A DNA stretch of 64,000 bases from an uncultured Prevotellaceae bacterium (GCA_947167995.1 CAMVKS010000004.1:5604-69603), one strand, 5' to 3'. Shown: positions 36,672 through 47,770, counted from the first letter of the stretch. The notes: a model not told the origin generated them from the letters alone. Made by a program: numbers and translations.

Positions 36672-37781
36672 TTATTGTTTTTTGTTATACTTCTCGTGAA
36701 TATCAACCATAATCTTGGCACAACCCACGTTGGTCATTTCATCGCGGTGCATGACACATGCCTTGTGATAGGACTCATAGTTTGTCGCCACTTCAACCAG
36801 GTCGTTCTCATCCCAGTTGTCACGAGCAATTCCCATGTGGTTGTCGTTGATGTATTTCATGCGGTCGGGCTCGGTGTTGGAAATCACGGGAGTGCCGCTC
36901 ACGATGGCCTCGGCTATGGTGAGCAGGTTCAAATCGCGGAAGGTGTTAATCAACAACCCTTTGGCATGCCGCAGATGTACTGCCATTTCTTTATGTGATT
37001 GCCTGCCCAGAAAATGGACATTCTCACCCACGCCCAATTTCTCGACCAGATTTTTGAGAGAGTCCTCGGCATCGCCGTAACCAATGATGAGTAGCCTGTA
37101 ATGCTCAAAATGCGGCACCTTAATGAACTTGGCAAACTGTTCTATCGAGGCTTTCACATTCTTGCGCTCTACCAGCTGCGAGACAATGATAAAACAGTCC
37201 TCGCTCACCTCATCGGGGAACAGTTCATGTGCATTGGCGCCATTACACACAATCTCCCGCGCCACGTTCTTGCAATACTGCGATATAAAATCTCGCGCCT
37301 CTTCGCTGCGCGCCACAATCATGGTGTTGCGCAGCAATAGCGGAACGATGACATTGTGCCAGGTCTTTGAAACAAGCTCATGAAGAGTCTTCTGATGAAA
37401 GCTCATCTCCTGCCACACATAGAGTTTCTCTTTACAGATGCCTGCCGAGAGCACCGATGGCATGGAGAACACCTCGCCCGAGATAACCATATCATAGGTG
37501 TCGATATTCTCCTTCAAGAACTTTCTCAGGCCTTTAGGATAGGGCAGGCGATCGGGCTTGAAGATGCTTGGCATCCATGATTTCAGATAAACGATGTCAA
37601 AGGGCAGATTCTCCTCTTCGGTTGGTCTGTAGTCATCGAGCGCAACAACAGTGACCTTGTGACCATTCTCAATAAACCCCATGGCAAAATTATATATCAA
37701 AGAGTCTTCGATAGACTTGCGTCTCTTTATCGTTCTTTCTTCAACAGTATATAAGATGAGATTTATGAGTAGAATGTTCAT
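36672..37781 (-). CDS. Glycosyltransferase family 4 (divergent)
   Basis: VSQLVERKN, LTIAEAIVSGTPVI; start moved to MNILLIN because a -7 box (37832-37839) lies inside the longer ORF. Confidence 0.82.
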   Translation of the reverse strand: MNILLINLILYTVEERTIKRRKSIEDSLIYNFAMGFIENGHKVTVVALDDYRPTEEENLPFDIVYLKSWMPSIFKPDRLPYPKGLRKFLKENIDTYDMVISGEVFSMPSVLSAGICKEKLYVWQEMSFHQKTLHELVSKTWHNVIVPLLLRNTMIVARSEEARDFISQYCKNVAREIVCNGANAHELFPDEVSEDCFIIVSQLVERKNVKASIEQFAKFIKVPHFEHYRLLIIGYGDAEDSLKNLVEKLGVGENVHFLGRQSHKEMAVHLRHAKGLLINTFRDLNLLTIAEAIVSGTPVISNTEPDRMKYINDNHMGIARDNWDENDLVEVATNYESYHKACVMHRDEMTNVGCAKIMVDIHEKYNKKQ

Positions 37782-37947
37782 GAAAAAGCCAAACACGTTA
37801 GTCAAAATTATATATGAAAGCTCGGAAAACGCAAAATTACACATTTTTTCCTTTCACTGAAAGAGAAGGGAATATTTTATTAATCTTTTAGGTCCAAAAA
37901 AAGTCAAAAAAGAAATATTTTATTACTTTTGCAAAAAATAAAATGTC

Positions 37948-39564
37948 ATGAAAATAATGAGATTCACATTGTTTGTACTGGTGTCGCTGCTCATGCCTGC
38001 AGCAGCGAGCGCACGCACCGTTGAGATCAAAATAAGTCAATGCGGCAAGCCCTTGTCCGACAACATCAACAATGTCATAAAAACACTCGGCCGCAACGAC
38101 GACCTGATAATAAATATCGACAAGCCCGGGAAGTATGAACTTGACGGGACCATAGAATCGACTTGCAACACAACAATCAAAGGTATCAGTCCCTCATCAA
38201 CCCAGCTGATATTAAAAGAAGGCTTCCGTAACGGGCGCACAAAATTCACCGACGATACTTTCATTAAAGTATTCGGAACCGAGTACCACAAGGTTAAGGT
38301 CGAAATCAAGAATGTGGCCTTCGCGCTTGCCGACCACCGAGGTGTGCTGTGGGAGGACGCCGCCAAGCACATGGTCAAGATTTATCACGCAGGTAGCGTC
38401 AATGTCGACAATGTGGAGATGCGCGCATGGAATGCTGCAATCACCTGCCTGGACCTGCGCAACTGCTCTAACGTGGTTGTTCAAAACAGTACTTTCGAGA
38501 ACTACAACAACTGCCTCTTGGGTGGCTGCCTGTGGTCACGTGGCAACCAGGAGAACATCGTTGTGCGGAACAACAAGTTCTGGAAGTATGGCAACGACGA
38601 GTCGCTTGCCATCTGGGGCGGTAATGGCGACAGGGATATGGTCATGAAGAACGTCACGGTCGAAGGCAACGAATTCTTCTATGAGAACAAAAAGAAGAGC
38701 AAGAAAGCCTTTGACATCGATGTGATCATAAACTTCGGACACGACAAGTATGTGAACCGCAAGTGCGACATCGACAACATTGTGTTCAAGGACAACACCA
38801 TAACAAACAGCGCGCCCATTAAACGCAGCGTCACTTTCATCTTTGCTGAACGTGCGGTTTTGGGAAGCATCGATGTCGAGAACAACACCATCCACAACAC
38901 CTCGAAATGCTCGACTGCCAATGGTTATACCACCGACTTCACCATCACCACCAGCGGCAGTAGCCGAGGCAACATAACACTGAGCAACAATTTCATCGAC
39001 AATAAAGCCCAGATTTTGTGCGATGGCACTAACAGCGGCTACACCTTCCTGGTAGTGAAAAACGGCAACACCACCCTCACGGGCAACACCATTCAGAGCG
39101 ATTACCCCATCGCCCTGGTGTGGACTCAAGGCGGCAATGTCAATCTCAACCTGTTCAACAACACTGCATCAACCCTTTTCGGAACAGCCCTGCTCAAGAA
39201 TCCCACGGCTATAGAGAAAGTTGTCATCAACGCGAGAAACAATGAGTTCACTGGCAACACTCAAATCTATTGCAACAACCTTGAACAGCTGGAACTTAAT
39301 TTCACCAACAACACATTCAACAGCACCGACTACCACTTCTTTATTCTGGAAGGAGCAAAAAAGACGTCGGTAGTCTTTGAAGAAAACACCATCAATGCCT
39401 ACAAGGGAAGCGGAATCATGTTTGCCAACTATTCGGGAAAGCCCTACAGGTTTGACCGCGTGCAGGTCTCAAACAATATATTCAATGGTTTGACAAGAAA
39501 GGCAATAGACGATTCTTTCAAGAGTGCAAACAGGAAAACCATTCAGAACAATATCTACCGTTAG
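37948..39564 (+). CDS. Secreted right-handed parallel beta-helix protein (pectin-lyase-like fold)
   Basis: Signal peptide; Asn-rich repeats such as NVVVQNSTFEN, NIVVRNNKF, NVTVEGNEF, NITLSNNFI. Confidence 0.75.
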   Translation: MKIMRFTLFVLVSLLMPAAASARTVEIKISQCGKPLSDNINNVIKTLGRNDDLIINIDKPGKYELDGTIESTCNTTIKGISPSSTQLILKEGFRNGRTKFTDDTFIKVFGTEYHKVKVEIKNVAFALADHRGVLWEDAAKHMVKIYHAGSVNVDNVEMRAWNAAITCLDLRNCSNVVVQNSTFENYNNCLLGGCLWSRGNQENIVVRNNKFWKYGNDESLAIWGGNGDRDMVMKNVTVEGNEFFYENKKKSKKAFDIDVIINFGHDKYVNRKCDIDNIVFKDNTITNSAPIKRSVTFIFAERAVLGSIDVENNTIHNTSKCSTANGYTTDFTITTSGSSRGNITLSNNFIDNKAQILCDGTNSGYTFLVVKNGNTTLTGNTIQSDYPIALVWTQGGNVNLNLFNNTASTLFGTALLKNPTAIEKVVINARNNEFTGNTQIYCNNLEQLELNFTNNTFNSTDYHFFILEGAKKTSVVFEENTINAYKGSGIMFANYSGKPYRFDRVQVSNNIFNGLTRKAIDDSFKSANRKTIQNNIYR

Positions 39565-39587
39565 ATAACGGTAGAAAGAGCGCAAAC

Positions 39588-39616
39588 TTAACACTTAAAC
39601 TCACTCTACTTAACAC
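39588..39616 (+). repeat. TTAACAC-type tract upstream of the GT2 gene (family A)
   Basis: TTAACAC TTAAAC TCACTCTAC TTAACAC. Confidence 0.55.
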
Positions 39617-39625
39617 TCACCAACT

Positions 39626-40573
39626 GTGGATTCAGTTTTAGTCTCGATAATAATTCCCGTCTATAACACCGAGAAGACCCTGCCACGGTGTGTTGACAGT
39701 GCTTTGGCGCAGACCTATGGTCGTTGCGAGATTGTGATAGTGGACGACGGCTCGCCCGACGGCGCCGGCGACATTGCCGATGATTATTCTCGCCGCTATG
39801 ATAACATCAAGGTCATTCACAAGAAGAATGCCGGCCTTGCCGAGGCACGACGCAGCGGTGTGAAAGAGGCTAAAGGCGATTACATCATCCACCTCGACAG
39901 TGACGACGAGCTGCTGCCCGATGCAGTGGAATATCTCCTGTCGAAATGCCAGGAAAACAATCTTGACCTTGCCTACGGCAATTACATCAGGATTGACGAG
40001 AAAGGCGACAAGAACGAGGTATCGTTTCCTGAAGATGAGATGATTCTCACGGCACAAGGCTTTCTGGATTATATTATTTACCTACATGGCATCTGTGCCA
40101 ACTGGGGCTGCCTGACAAAGCGAGAAGTATGGCTTAACGACAGCATCTATCCTCCAAGCGACATTAAATTGCCTGGTGAAGATGTGCTTATCAATATCAA
40201 AATCTCAAATCACATTCACCGGGCCGGACTTTTCAATCACCCCGTATGTCTTTATTATTACAACTCCAATTCTTTGTCAAACACAGGCGTGCTGTCTAAA
40301 CAAGATAAATGGAAAGAGTATTTCTCTATTATCGACAGGGAGTTCAAGACAAGGGGCTTGTTTGAAAAACATGAGTCGACGTTGCTGATTATGAAAATTG
40401 ACCGCATGGCTTTTAACATTAGCAATCTCGATGTTAACGATGCCTGGGTAAAAGCACTGCTGGAAGACAAGCGATTTAAACTGCCCGCCAAAACACGACT
40501 GCTGCAGGCTTTGATCAAGCACCCACGGCTGTGGAGGCTGCTGCTCAAAACCAAGCGGAGAATTTTTAACTAA
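39626..40573 (+). CDS. Glycosyltransferase family 2
   Basis: SIIIPVYN, IVDDGSPD, NAGLAEARRSG, HLDSDD; GTG start. Confidence 0.93.
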   Translation: MDSVLVSIIIPVYNTEKTLPRCVDSALAQTYGRCEIVIVDDGSPDGAGDIADDYSRRYDNIKVIHKKNAGLAEARRSGVKEAKGDYIIHLDSDDELLPDAVEYLLSKCQENNLDLAYGNYIRIDEKGDKNEVSFPEDEMILTAQGFLDYIIYLHGICANWGCLTKREVWLNDSIYPPSDIKLPGEDVLINIKISNHIHRAGLFNHPVCLYYYNSNSLSNTGVLSKQDKWKEYFSIIDREFKTRGLFEKHESTLLIMKIDRMAFNISNLDVNDAWVKALLEDKRFKLPAKTRLLQALIKHPRLWRLLLKTKRRIFN

Positions 40574-40583
40574 CGTGCAGCTC

Positions 40584-41639
40584 TCAATGAGAATAGCGCA
40601 GAAATCTCAATCGTTTTCGTTTTTCGAGTCTCAGGATGACAATAGCAATCAGTAAAGACAGAGCAAGCGTGATTAAAAACGACAAGAGTTTATAGGCCGT
40701 CGTATCATATTCCACATAATATCTCATCACGCCATAGAGGCAGAAAGCAACCGAGATGTGGCTGCAGTAGACAATGGTGGAACAGGCCCGAAGGGGCTTT
40801 GTGTTGAAACCCAGTTTGAGTTTCTCGTTCTGTCCTATCAGCATAAACAGGCACAGGCACAATGGTGGCAACATTATATAACAATCATCCGAAACAATTA
40901 CTCCAAAACTTTTCACCCAGAAGTATTCGCAATACAACAATACAAACAAAACAAATGCTACAATGAGTAAAAGCTTATTAGAAACATAAAATGAGCGCTG
41001 AGCAAGTATCTTTCCCATTGCAATAAAAAGTATTCCGGCTGGGAAGCTGTTATGAGGCATAGTAAACACCATTTCATAAGACTTCAAAGCTCGCCCGAGC
41101 AACGGAACTTTAGCTGCCAGTGAGTTGTAGTTTGAACTCATGCAACAAAATAGATATAGCAGAATGCCTGTTATGATTATCCAAACATCATTAACCTTTT
41201 TCTCTGCTAATGCCCACACTATAGAAATTCCAATAATCAATGCCATCAAATACCAGGAAGCAGGAAAAGTTTGATAGAACAGGAAATTCTGGACTATGTC
41301 AACAATGGTGCCTGCACCCAGATTTATGTACCACTTATTATTATACACAGTGATGGGAAGCAGTACTACAAACCAAAAAAGATAGAGTTTCAGAATCCGC
41401 TTCACATAGCTGGCGAGACTTTGTTTACGCTCGTGGACCGTAGCGCAAGAATTCTGCTTGATAAAAAACAAATAGGAAGAAATAATGAAGAAGGTGGGAA
41501 CACCCAAGCGTAAAATAGGACGGCCTAAAAAATCTACAGAATATAACGTGTGAACGCCAACAACAAGAACCGCAAGAACAAACTTAAGTAAGTCGATGAG
41601 GCGGCTATTATATTTAATATATTGATTGCTTAAAATCAT
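40584..41639 (-). CDS. Acyltransferase family 3 (membrane O-acyltransferase)
   Basis: IDLLKFVLAVLVVGVH, VPTFFIISSY, SWYL; about ten TM segments. Confidence 0.82.
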   Translation of the reverse strand: MILSNQYIKYNSRLIDLLKFVLAVLVVGVHTLYSVDFLGRPILRLGVPTFFIISSYLFFIKQNSCATVHERKQSLASYVKRILKLYLFWFVVLLPITVYNNKWYINLGAGTIVDIVQNFLFYQTFPASWYLMALIIGISIVWALAEKKVNDVWIIITGILLYLFCCMSSNYNSLAAKVPLLGRALKSYEMVFTMPHNSFPAGILFIAMGKILAQRSFYVSNKLLLIVAFVLFVLLYCEYFWVKSFGVIVSDDCYIMLPPLCLCLFMLIGQNEKLKLGFNTKPLRACSTIVYCSHISVAFCLYGVMRYYVEYDTTAYKLLSFLITLALSLLIAIVILRLEKRKRLRFLRYSH

Positions 41640-42532
41640 TTAAGAAGAGTTTTGGCATCACATATAAAGATATTTGTCATAATGCGTGCCCCGAGGTCAT
41701 TGAGATGGTCGGAGTCGTTGAAATATCTATTCCGATTGTTGAAGAAGAAAGGGTCGCAACCATAATCGTAGAGTGTTACATGGTGCCTCTGGGCAAAAAC
41801 TTTCATCCACCTTTGGAATTTTGCCGTAACCTCGAGCGACGGAGCTATATAGACCATGAGCTTGATGTTGTTCTTCTCGCAGGTCTCGATAATCTGCTCA
41901 AAACACTTGACCTGGATTTCATTGGTCTCAAAATTGGTAAAATTGACGATTGCCGTGTCGGCAAGGTTTCCGTGTTGCGACACATAGCCATCGCAATCAT
42001 GAACAGGCAAAGCACGGGCTTTTGCCATCCAAACGGGAGTGGAATTCAAGCGGTACAGGTTGCTGTGGAGCTTTGCTTGTAGTTGCCAAGAACCATATTC
42101 CGACACATAATTGGTGAGCGGAGCATTTAGCCCGTAAAAGTGCTTGACATCATCGATGCTGTTGTCAAGCCATTCGCTGGTGACCATCGCCGCACAGGCG
42201 TCGAGCAAAACCACCTGTGGCTTGCACCGCTCAAGAAACGACTGCATGACAATCAAGGCATAATTCATGCCGTGACCATCTATTCCGGCGTTATAGGCAG
42301 TGAGGCCAGTACTATCGGTAATCATCTTGGGCTGATAGGTGTGCCTGGCCCGCGAAGAGCCTAAAATCAGCACATCGGCTTTTTTCTTGAACAAGGCTTG
42401 GTGAGCATCGGTCTGCAACATACCCACCTGTGGCGTACTCATGAGTATCGAGTCGCCAACAAAGCCCGCCACAATGTCACAAGCAACGACAATTGCGAGA
42501 ACTATGAGAATGTTTACAATAACCTTTTTCAT
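41636..42532 (-). CDS. SGNH-like partner of the MBOAT (AlgJ/DltD-like)
   Basis: TM anchor, LGSSRA and DSDHLN motifs, directly downstream of the MBOAT gene. Confidence 0.7.
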   Translation of the reverse strand: MKKVIVNILIVLAIVVACDIVAGFVGDSILMSTPQVGMLQTDAHQALFKKKADVLILGSSRARHTYQPKMITDSTGLTAYNAGIDGHGMNYALIVMQSFLERCKPQVVLLDACAAMVTSEWLDNSIDDVKHFYGLNAPLTNYVSEYGSWQLQAKLHSNLYRLNSTPVWMAKARALPVHDCDGYVSQHGNLADTAIVNFTNFETNEIQVKCFEQIIETCEKNNIKLMVYIAPSLEVTAKFQRWMKVFAQRHHVTLYDYGCDPFFFNNRNRYFNDSDHLNDLGARIMTNIFICDAKTLLK

Positions 42533-42538
42533 GACTCA

Positions 42539-43984
42539 CTAAAATTGGACATAAATGAAACTGTTACTCTCAAGAGCACCAGTGAGAACGATGAAAACTA
42601 TTGTCGCTGCAATGCACACAAGCCTCATTGTTCTATGTGAGGAGTGCATGAAAAGAGCCTTGCCACCATACTCATCGCGATGCTCCTTGTAAATCATGAT
42701 AAGAATCGAGAGCAGGCCAAAGGTGAACAACGGCACAGTGGCCTCAAGGTAAGGCATCCCCCAATCACTGGAGAGCCATTTTTTCCATGCTACAACAATG
42801 TGGGCCATTGAATTGGCCCTGAAATACATCGCTCCCACGCAGCACACCACAAAGTTGATGACAATCCTTAGGCTCTTGAACCACGTGGAATGCTTGAGCA
42901 AGCCGTGCCTACTTTCAAGCCTCTCACGAGGCACTTTCATGATGCGTGACACTATCACCCACAGCCCATGGTGGGCGCCAAAGATAATATAAGTCCAGCT
43001 TGCTCCATGCCAAGCGCCACATGCGATGAATGTCACCATCACGTTGAAATAGGAGCGCAAACTGCTGCAGCGGCTACCTCCCATGGGAATGTAGATATAA
43101 TCCCTGAGCCAGAACGATAGCGACATGTGCCACCTGCGCCAGAAGTCACCTCCGTTAACGGCAAATAGTGGCTGCTTGAAGTTCTCGGTAACAGTGAGGC
43201 CCAATAGTCGCCCCACTCCAATCGCCATGTGGCTATATCCGGCAAAGTCGGTGTACATCTGTATCAAATACAACACCGAAGCCAGTGCTATTGACGTCGC
43301 ATTGTGATGCGAGATGTTGTTGAAAACGGCATCGGTATAAGGGGCAATGCGGTCGGCAATGCATGCCTTCATAAAGAAGCCCCACAAGATGCGTAGCGAG
43401 CCGTCGCTGATGTTGCCTGGCAGCAGTTTCCTTAATTGCCCAAGCTGCGGCAAGAATGTTGTTGCACGATCGATGGGTCCCGACATCAAAGTGGGAAAAA
43501 ACGCCACAAATGCTGTGAACTTAACGACATCGTGCTCGGCCTGGATTTTCTCATTGGCAACATCAACAATATAGCTGATGAGTTTGAATGTGAAATAGCT
43601 GATGCCTAATGGTGCTATAATATTGAGAGTTCCTGTATTTACAGCAAAGCCCATGCCCGTGAGCAATGCCGTGAATTCGGCGATAAAAAAGTTCAGATAC
43701 TTAAAATAAATCAGAACACCCACTCCGGCACCCACTCCGGCCACCTTGAGCCATCGCGCAATGGTAGCAGACTGTGTCAGCTTCTTTTCTATGCCTATGG
43801 CAAGCACATAGAACAACCCTATTATCACGATAAAAAATGCAAGCAATCTAATGCTCACATAACCATAGAAGACAAGCGATGCAATCGCCAGCCATGCGTT
43901 TTGCCAGCGACAGTTTCTTATCATGTAATAGACAAGAATCACCACTGCAAAGAATATCCAGAACCCTATAGAGTTTATCAGCAT
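42539..43984 (-). CDS. MBOAT family O-acyltransferase (AlgI/DltB-like)
   Basis: PLGISYFTF, FFPTLMSGPIDR, DFAGYS, DFWRRWHMSL, GAWHGA. Confidence 0.93.
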   Translation of the reverse strand: MLINSIGFWIFFAVVILVYYMIRNCRWQNAWLAIASLVFYGYVSIRLLAFFIVIIGLFYVLAIGIEKKLTQSATIARWLKVAGVGAGVGVLIYFKYLNFFIAEFTALLTGMGFAVNTGTLNIIAPLGISYFTFKLISYIVDVANEKIQAEHDVVKFTAFVAFFPTLMSGPIDRATTFLPQLGQLRKLLPGNISDGSLRILWGFFMKACIADRIAPYTDAVFNNISHHNATSIALASVLYLIQMYTDFAGYSHMAIGVGRLLGLTVTENFKQPLFAVNGGDFWRRWHMSLSFWLRDYIYIPMGGSRCSSLRSYFNVMVTFIACGAWHGASWTYIIFGAHHGLWVIVSRIMKVPRERLESRHGLLKHSTWFKSLRIVINFVVCCVGAMYFRANSMAHIVVAWKKWLSSDWGMPYLEATVPLFTFGLLSILIMIYKEHRDEYGGKALFMHSSHRTMRLVCIAATIVFIVLTGALESNSFIYVQF

Positions 43985-43988
43985 GGCA

Positions 43989-45311
43989 TTAAGATTGTTG
44001 AATAACTGTTATCGATTGCTGTTCACGCTCATCATCACTCTTTTTCCACGACAGAAAATGGAAAGTCAACATGACATAGCAGAAGTTAGGATTCTGCCAA
44101 AAATCGGCATAGAACAAGAGAATCACCACCGCAAGGAAAAAGAACACTTGCATATTGAGATTGCGCGAGGGATAAAGAGACGGCTTGACCATGAAAAAAC
44201 TCATGAAAAACACAATATACCAGATGGTGCCAATAATTCCCAATTGCAAGACCGAACTCATGATTTGTGGGCTCGTGCCTTGCAGCACCCACTCATATTC
44301 ATGATGGAAATCAGACGCTTCAATAACGGTTCCATGCCTGTAAAGACTTAGCCCAAATCCCATCAGGTCATGCCCCGGCAGTTCGTTGAAAATAAGGGGC
44401 ACAATCGCCAACTTGGCAAAACGTGGAATGTCGAATTGCTCATCGAAGTTCTTGTCGGCATACTCGGTAGCTCCCTGCATGTCGTCGATGTCGGCATCAA
44501 GATAATTACTGAAAAAGTCGGAGCTGAGCTCCAACGTGCCTTCGCCATTTACTGTAGAGAAATAAAACGTTCCACCTATGCCCACCAGCACCACAACAAG
44601 TGGAATCAAGAAAGTGAGTCGTATCAGATACTTGCGGTCGATGGGCAGCAAGAGAATAAAATAGGCAATGATAAGTGCAAAGCTGATTTTTGTCTCGTTA
44701 AGGAAAGTGGGGAAAAGCAGGAAAACCAACGTCCAGTTCTTGTATAGCGACACCAAGACATTGTTACTGTCGATGCGCTTGTTCAACAGATAGAACGAGG
44801 CATAGTAGATGGTAAAGCTCAATGTTCCAGAGTACCATCCACCCATCGTGCCACCCACAAGGTCACCAGCACCATACTTGAAGAACTGGAAAAGCACAGC
44901 AGGTACCTGCAGCCACAAGAAAATGTAAAGTTGCTTGTCGAACGACTTGACAAAAAGATCATGACGATACTCTGTCGCCCAGAAATAGCGCAGAATGGGC
45001 GGCATCAGCAACACGGGGAAGAAATAGCGCATGCCATTAAGCCACACAACAAGGCTATCGTTGTTTACAATAAACCCGCTGACAAAAGCTATAACGAGAA
45101 ACGAACCAATCAGGAGGAAGTCTACCGACTTCTGCACTGTGCAAAAAGCAAGGAATAGCAATATCACATCAACCGTGAGTAGTGAGATGGTTGTCAAGGG
45201 GCTTATCGTGTTGTTTCCCCAGAACAGGTCGCTCACGAAGCCTGTGCACGTTGCAAGCCAGAAGCCAATGAAAAAGAGGCGCTGCATCAAGAATCGTTTC
45301 TCAAATCTCAT
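43989..45311 (-). CDS. Polytopic membrane protein, probable Wzy polymerase/ligase
   Basis: About 11 TM segments with one long loop; lies directly after wzc. Confidence 0.55.
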   Translation of the reverse strand: MRFEKRFLMQRLFFIGFWLATCTGFVSDLFWGNNTISPLTTISLLTVDVILLFLAFCTVQKSVDFLLIGSFLVIAFVSGFIVNNDSLVVWLNGMRYFFPVLLMPPILRYFWATEYRHDLFVKSFDKQLYIFLWLQVPAVLFQFFKYGAGDLVGGTMGGWYSGTLSFTIYYASFYLLNKRIDSNNVLVSLYKNWTLVFLLFPTFLNETKISFALIIAYFILLLPIDRKYLIRLTFLIPLVVVLVGIGGTFYFSTVNGEGTLELSSDFFSNYLDADIDDMQGATEYADKNFDEQFDIPRFAKLAIVPLIFNELPGHDLMGFGLSLYRHGTVIEASDFHHEYEWVLQGTSPQIMSSVLQLGIIGTIWYIVFFMSFFMVKPSLYPSRNLNMQVFFFLAVVILLFYADFWQNPNFCYVMLTFHFLSWKKSDDEREQQSITVIQQS

Positions 45312-45392
45312 AACAGTTGGCAGTTTGTATAGATAATAAAGAAAATATAGAGTTTTTAGCGCTTCTAAAATGAATTAAGAACTAAAAACAAC

Positions 45393-47729
45393 TTATTTCT
45401 CTTTTCCATAGCCGTAGCCGTAGCCAGCCGACAGGCGTGGGTTGCTGTCGTTGAGCACCATAGCGGTGTTATGGAACTGCTTGCGCGCCACAACCTCGTT
45501 GAAATACTTGACAAGGTTGCGCTTGGTGTAGTTGGCGCGTGTTACAAAGAGTGTGGCGTCACCAAACTTGGCCAGTGAGAACGTGTCGCTCACCATGGCT
45601 ATGGGAGCCGAGTCGATGATAATGATATCGAAACGCTCACGCAGCTGGTCAATGAATTGTGAAGTGCGCTCACCCAGCAACAACTCCGAGGGGTTGGGAG
45701 GAATGGGGCCAGCCACTACCACATGAAGATTCTCCACCTCGGGGATAGCCTGTGTGATATCGTCAATCTTTATGTCAGAGTTTGACAGGAAATTAGTCAC
45801 ACCAGGAACCTCATTGAGTTTGAGCATATTTGCCAACTGTGGACTGCGTATATCCATTCCCACGAGGGCAACCTTCTTGCCCAACAAAGCAAACGAAGCA
45901 GCAAGATTGATGCTGATAAACGACTTGCCCTCTCCACTGATGGACGATGACACGAGCACCACCTTGTCGTCTTTTTTGGTCATCAGGAACTGGACGTTGT
46001 TGCGCAGCAAGCGGAAGAGCTCGACAATCGAAGAAGTCTTTCCAGGCTTGACAACCAGCGAGTCGCGGTGGCGGTTGTGGCAAATCTCGCCCAGCACTGG
46101 CGACTTGGTGAGGCTCTGGAGCTCGTCCTGTGTAGAGAACTTGGTGGTGAACAGGTTCTTCAGATAAAGGATGATGACGGGAAGCATCAAGCCCGCAAGC
46201 AGCGCAATCAAGAGAACCAATGGTATGTTGGGAGACACAGCCTTACTCTGAGCATAAGCATGGTCAACGATTTTACCCTTGGGAGTAGTAGCTGCCAGCA
46301 CAAGGGCATTTTCCTCGCGTTTCTGAAGCAGGAAGGTGTAGAGAGTGTTCTGAATGCCTTGCTCACGGTAGAGAGAGCGCATTTCCCGCTCCTGAGTGGG
46401 CACTTGACTCATCTCGCCCTGCGACTCGTTGCTCACCTGGGTGGCTTTGTCAATTTGTATCTTCAGTGCATTGAGAGAATTGTTCACGCCCTTGCGAATG
46501 GTCTCGCGCATGGCATCGAGCTGGCGGTCAATCTCCCTGATGGCGTCGTTATCGTCTTTGGCGCTCTTGGAGAGCTCGGCACGGCGCATGGCAAGTTGAT
46601 TGAAGGCCCTTATTGAACCCGAGGCCGCTGTGGAGTCGGCTTCAAAAGGAATATAGGAGTGACGGTTGCGAGGGTCGCTGATGAACTCGTTGATGAGGCT
46701 CACAATGCGATATTGCGCCTCCAGTTGCACAATTTTGTTATCGGCCTGCTCCTGACGAGCGATGCTGGTCTTGGTCTGTATTCCCACGTCGGCCATGTTG
46801 TGTGCACGCTTGTAGGCTTCTATCTCGGCCTCACTGCCAGTGAGGTCGTTATAGATGAGACCCAGCCTGTCGTTGATGAACTTGGCGGTGTTGATTGCCT
46901 GCTCGTCTTTCTCCTTTTGCCCCCGCTCGTTGTAGAGCTTGATCATGGTGTTGAGCATGTCTTTACCGCGCTTGATATTGGTCACCTCAATGTCCATGTA
47001 TATGGCATTACTCTTCTTGTTGAGCACCTTGACAGTCATGTCTCTCATCACATCCTCGGTGCGCAGCTGGTTACCGGTGACGTTGGCGCTGATGGTGAGT
47101 TCCTTGCCAGGCTTGTAGTACTTGGTAGACCTCACCTGATAGATACCATAGGGGGTGCGCACATTAGTGGGCAGTGCCTGGCCTTCGACCGATGCCAACG
47201 TTTTAAACCTTCCTTTCTTTACCTGAATGTCGGCTTTGCCGTCGGGGTTGATGTGTATCTTGAAAGTCATCCCCACCGACAGCGTGTCAAACACTTCGTC
47301 GGGTGCATCTATCTCCACGGGAGAATTGTTGTAGAGGTCTTCACGATTGAGCATGTTTTTGCGCAAGGTGTAAAGCCTGTTGAGCTTGAGTTCCCTGACC
47401 ATCTTGTTGCAGATGTCCTGCGAGCCCATCACCACGACCTCATCATCGACACTCGCGCCTCCACCACCTATCGAGAGGCTCTTGAGCAGCGACGCCCCAG
47501 CACTGCCGGCGTCATCGTCCTGATCGACGAGCACTGTCGAAACCACTAAATATCGTGGCAACTTATACTTGAGGTAAGCCACCGACAGACCAATGCATGC
47601 TATCAACGACAAAACAAACAGCCACCAGAACCGCTTGTACTTGTTGACGACACTACCAAAGTCGATGATTTTCTCGCCATTTGATGATGTGGTTGTGATA
47701 TTGTTATTCTCGTAGGATTTGCTACTCAT
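45393..47729 (-). CDS. wzc: Polysaccharide co-polymerase tyrosine kinase
   Basis: Two TMs flanking a periplasmic coiled coil, Walker A SSISGEGKS, DIIIIDSAP, terminal GYGYGYG. Confidence 0.93.
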   Translation of the reverse strand: MSSKSYENNNITTTSSNGEKIIDFGSVVNKYKRFWWLFVLSLIACIGLSVAYLKYKLPRYLVVSTVLVDQDDDAGSAGASLLKSLSIGGGGASVDDEVVVMGSQDICNKMVRELKLNRLYTLRKNMLNREDLYNNSPVEIDAPDEVFDTLSVGMTFKIHINPDGKADIQVKKGRFKTLASVEGQALPTNVRTPYGIYQVRSTKYYKPGKELTISANVTGNQLRTEDVMRDMTVKVLNKKSNAIYMDIEVTNIKRGKDMLNTMIKLYNERGQKEKDEQAINTAKFINDRLGLIYNDLTGSEAEIEAYKRAHNMADVGIQTKTSIARQEQADNKIVQLEAQYRIVSLINEFISDPRNRHSYIPFEADSTAASGSIRAFNQLAMRRAELSKSAKDDNDAIREIDRQLDAMRETIRKGVNNSLNALKIQIDKATQVSNESQGEMSQVPTQEREMRSLYREQGIQNTLYTFLLQKREENALVLAATTPKGKIVDHAYAQSKAVSPNIPLVLLIALLAGLMLPVIILYLKNLFTTKFSTQDELQSLTKSPVLGEICHNRHRDSLVVKPGKTSSIVELFRLLRNNVQFLMTKKDDKVVLVSSSISGEGKSFISINLAASFALLGKKVALVGMDIRSPQLANMLKLNEVPGVTNFLSNSDIKIDDITQAIPEVENLHVVVAGPIPPNPSELLLGERTSQFIDQLRERFDIIIIDSAPIAMVSDTFSLAKFGDATLFVTRANYTKRNLVKYFNEVVARKQFHNTAMVLNDSNPRLSAGYGYGYGKEK

Positions 47730-47770
47730 GTCGATTCTTTATAAAAAATATTAAGGCTCTTTTGCCATTG

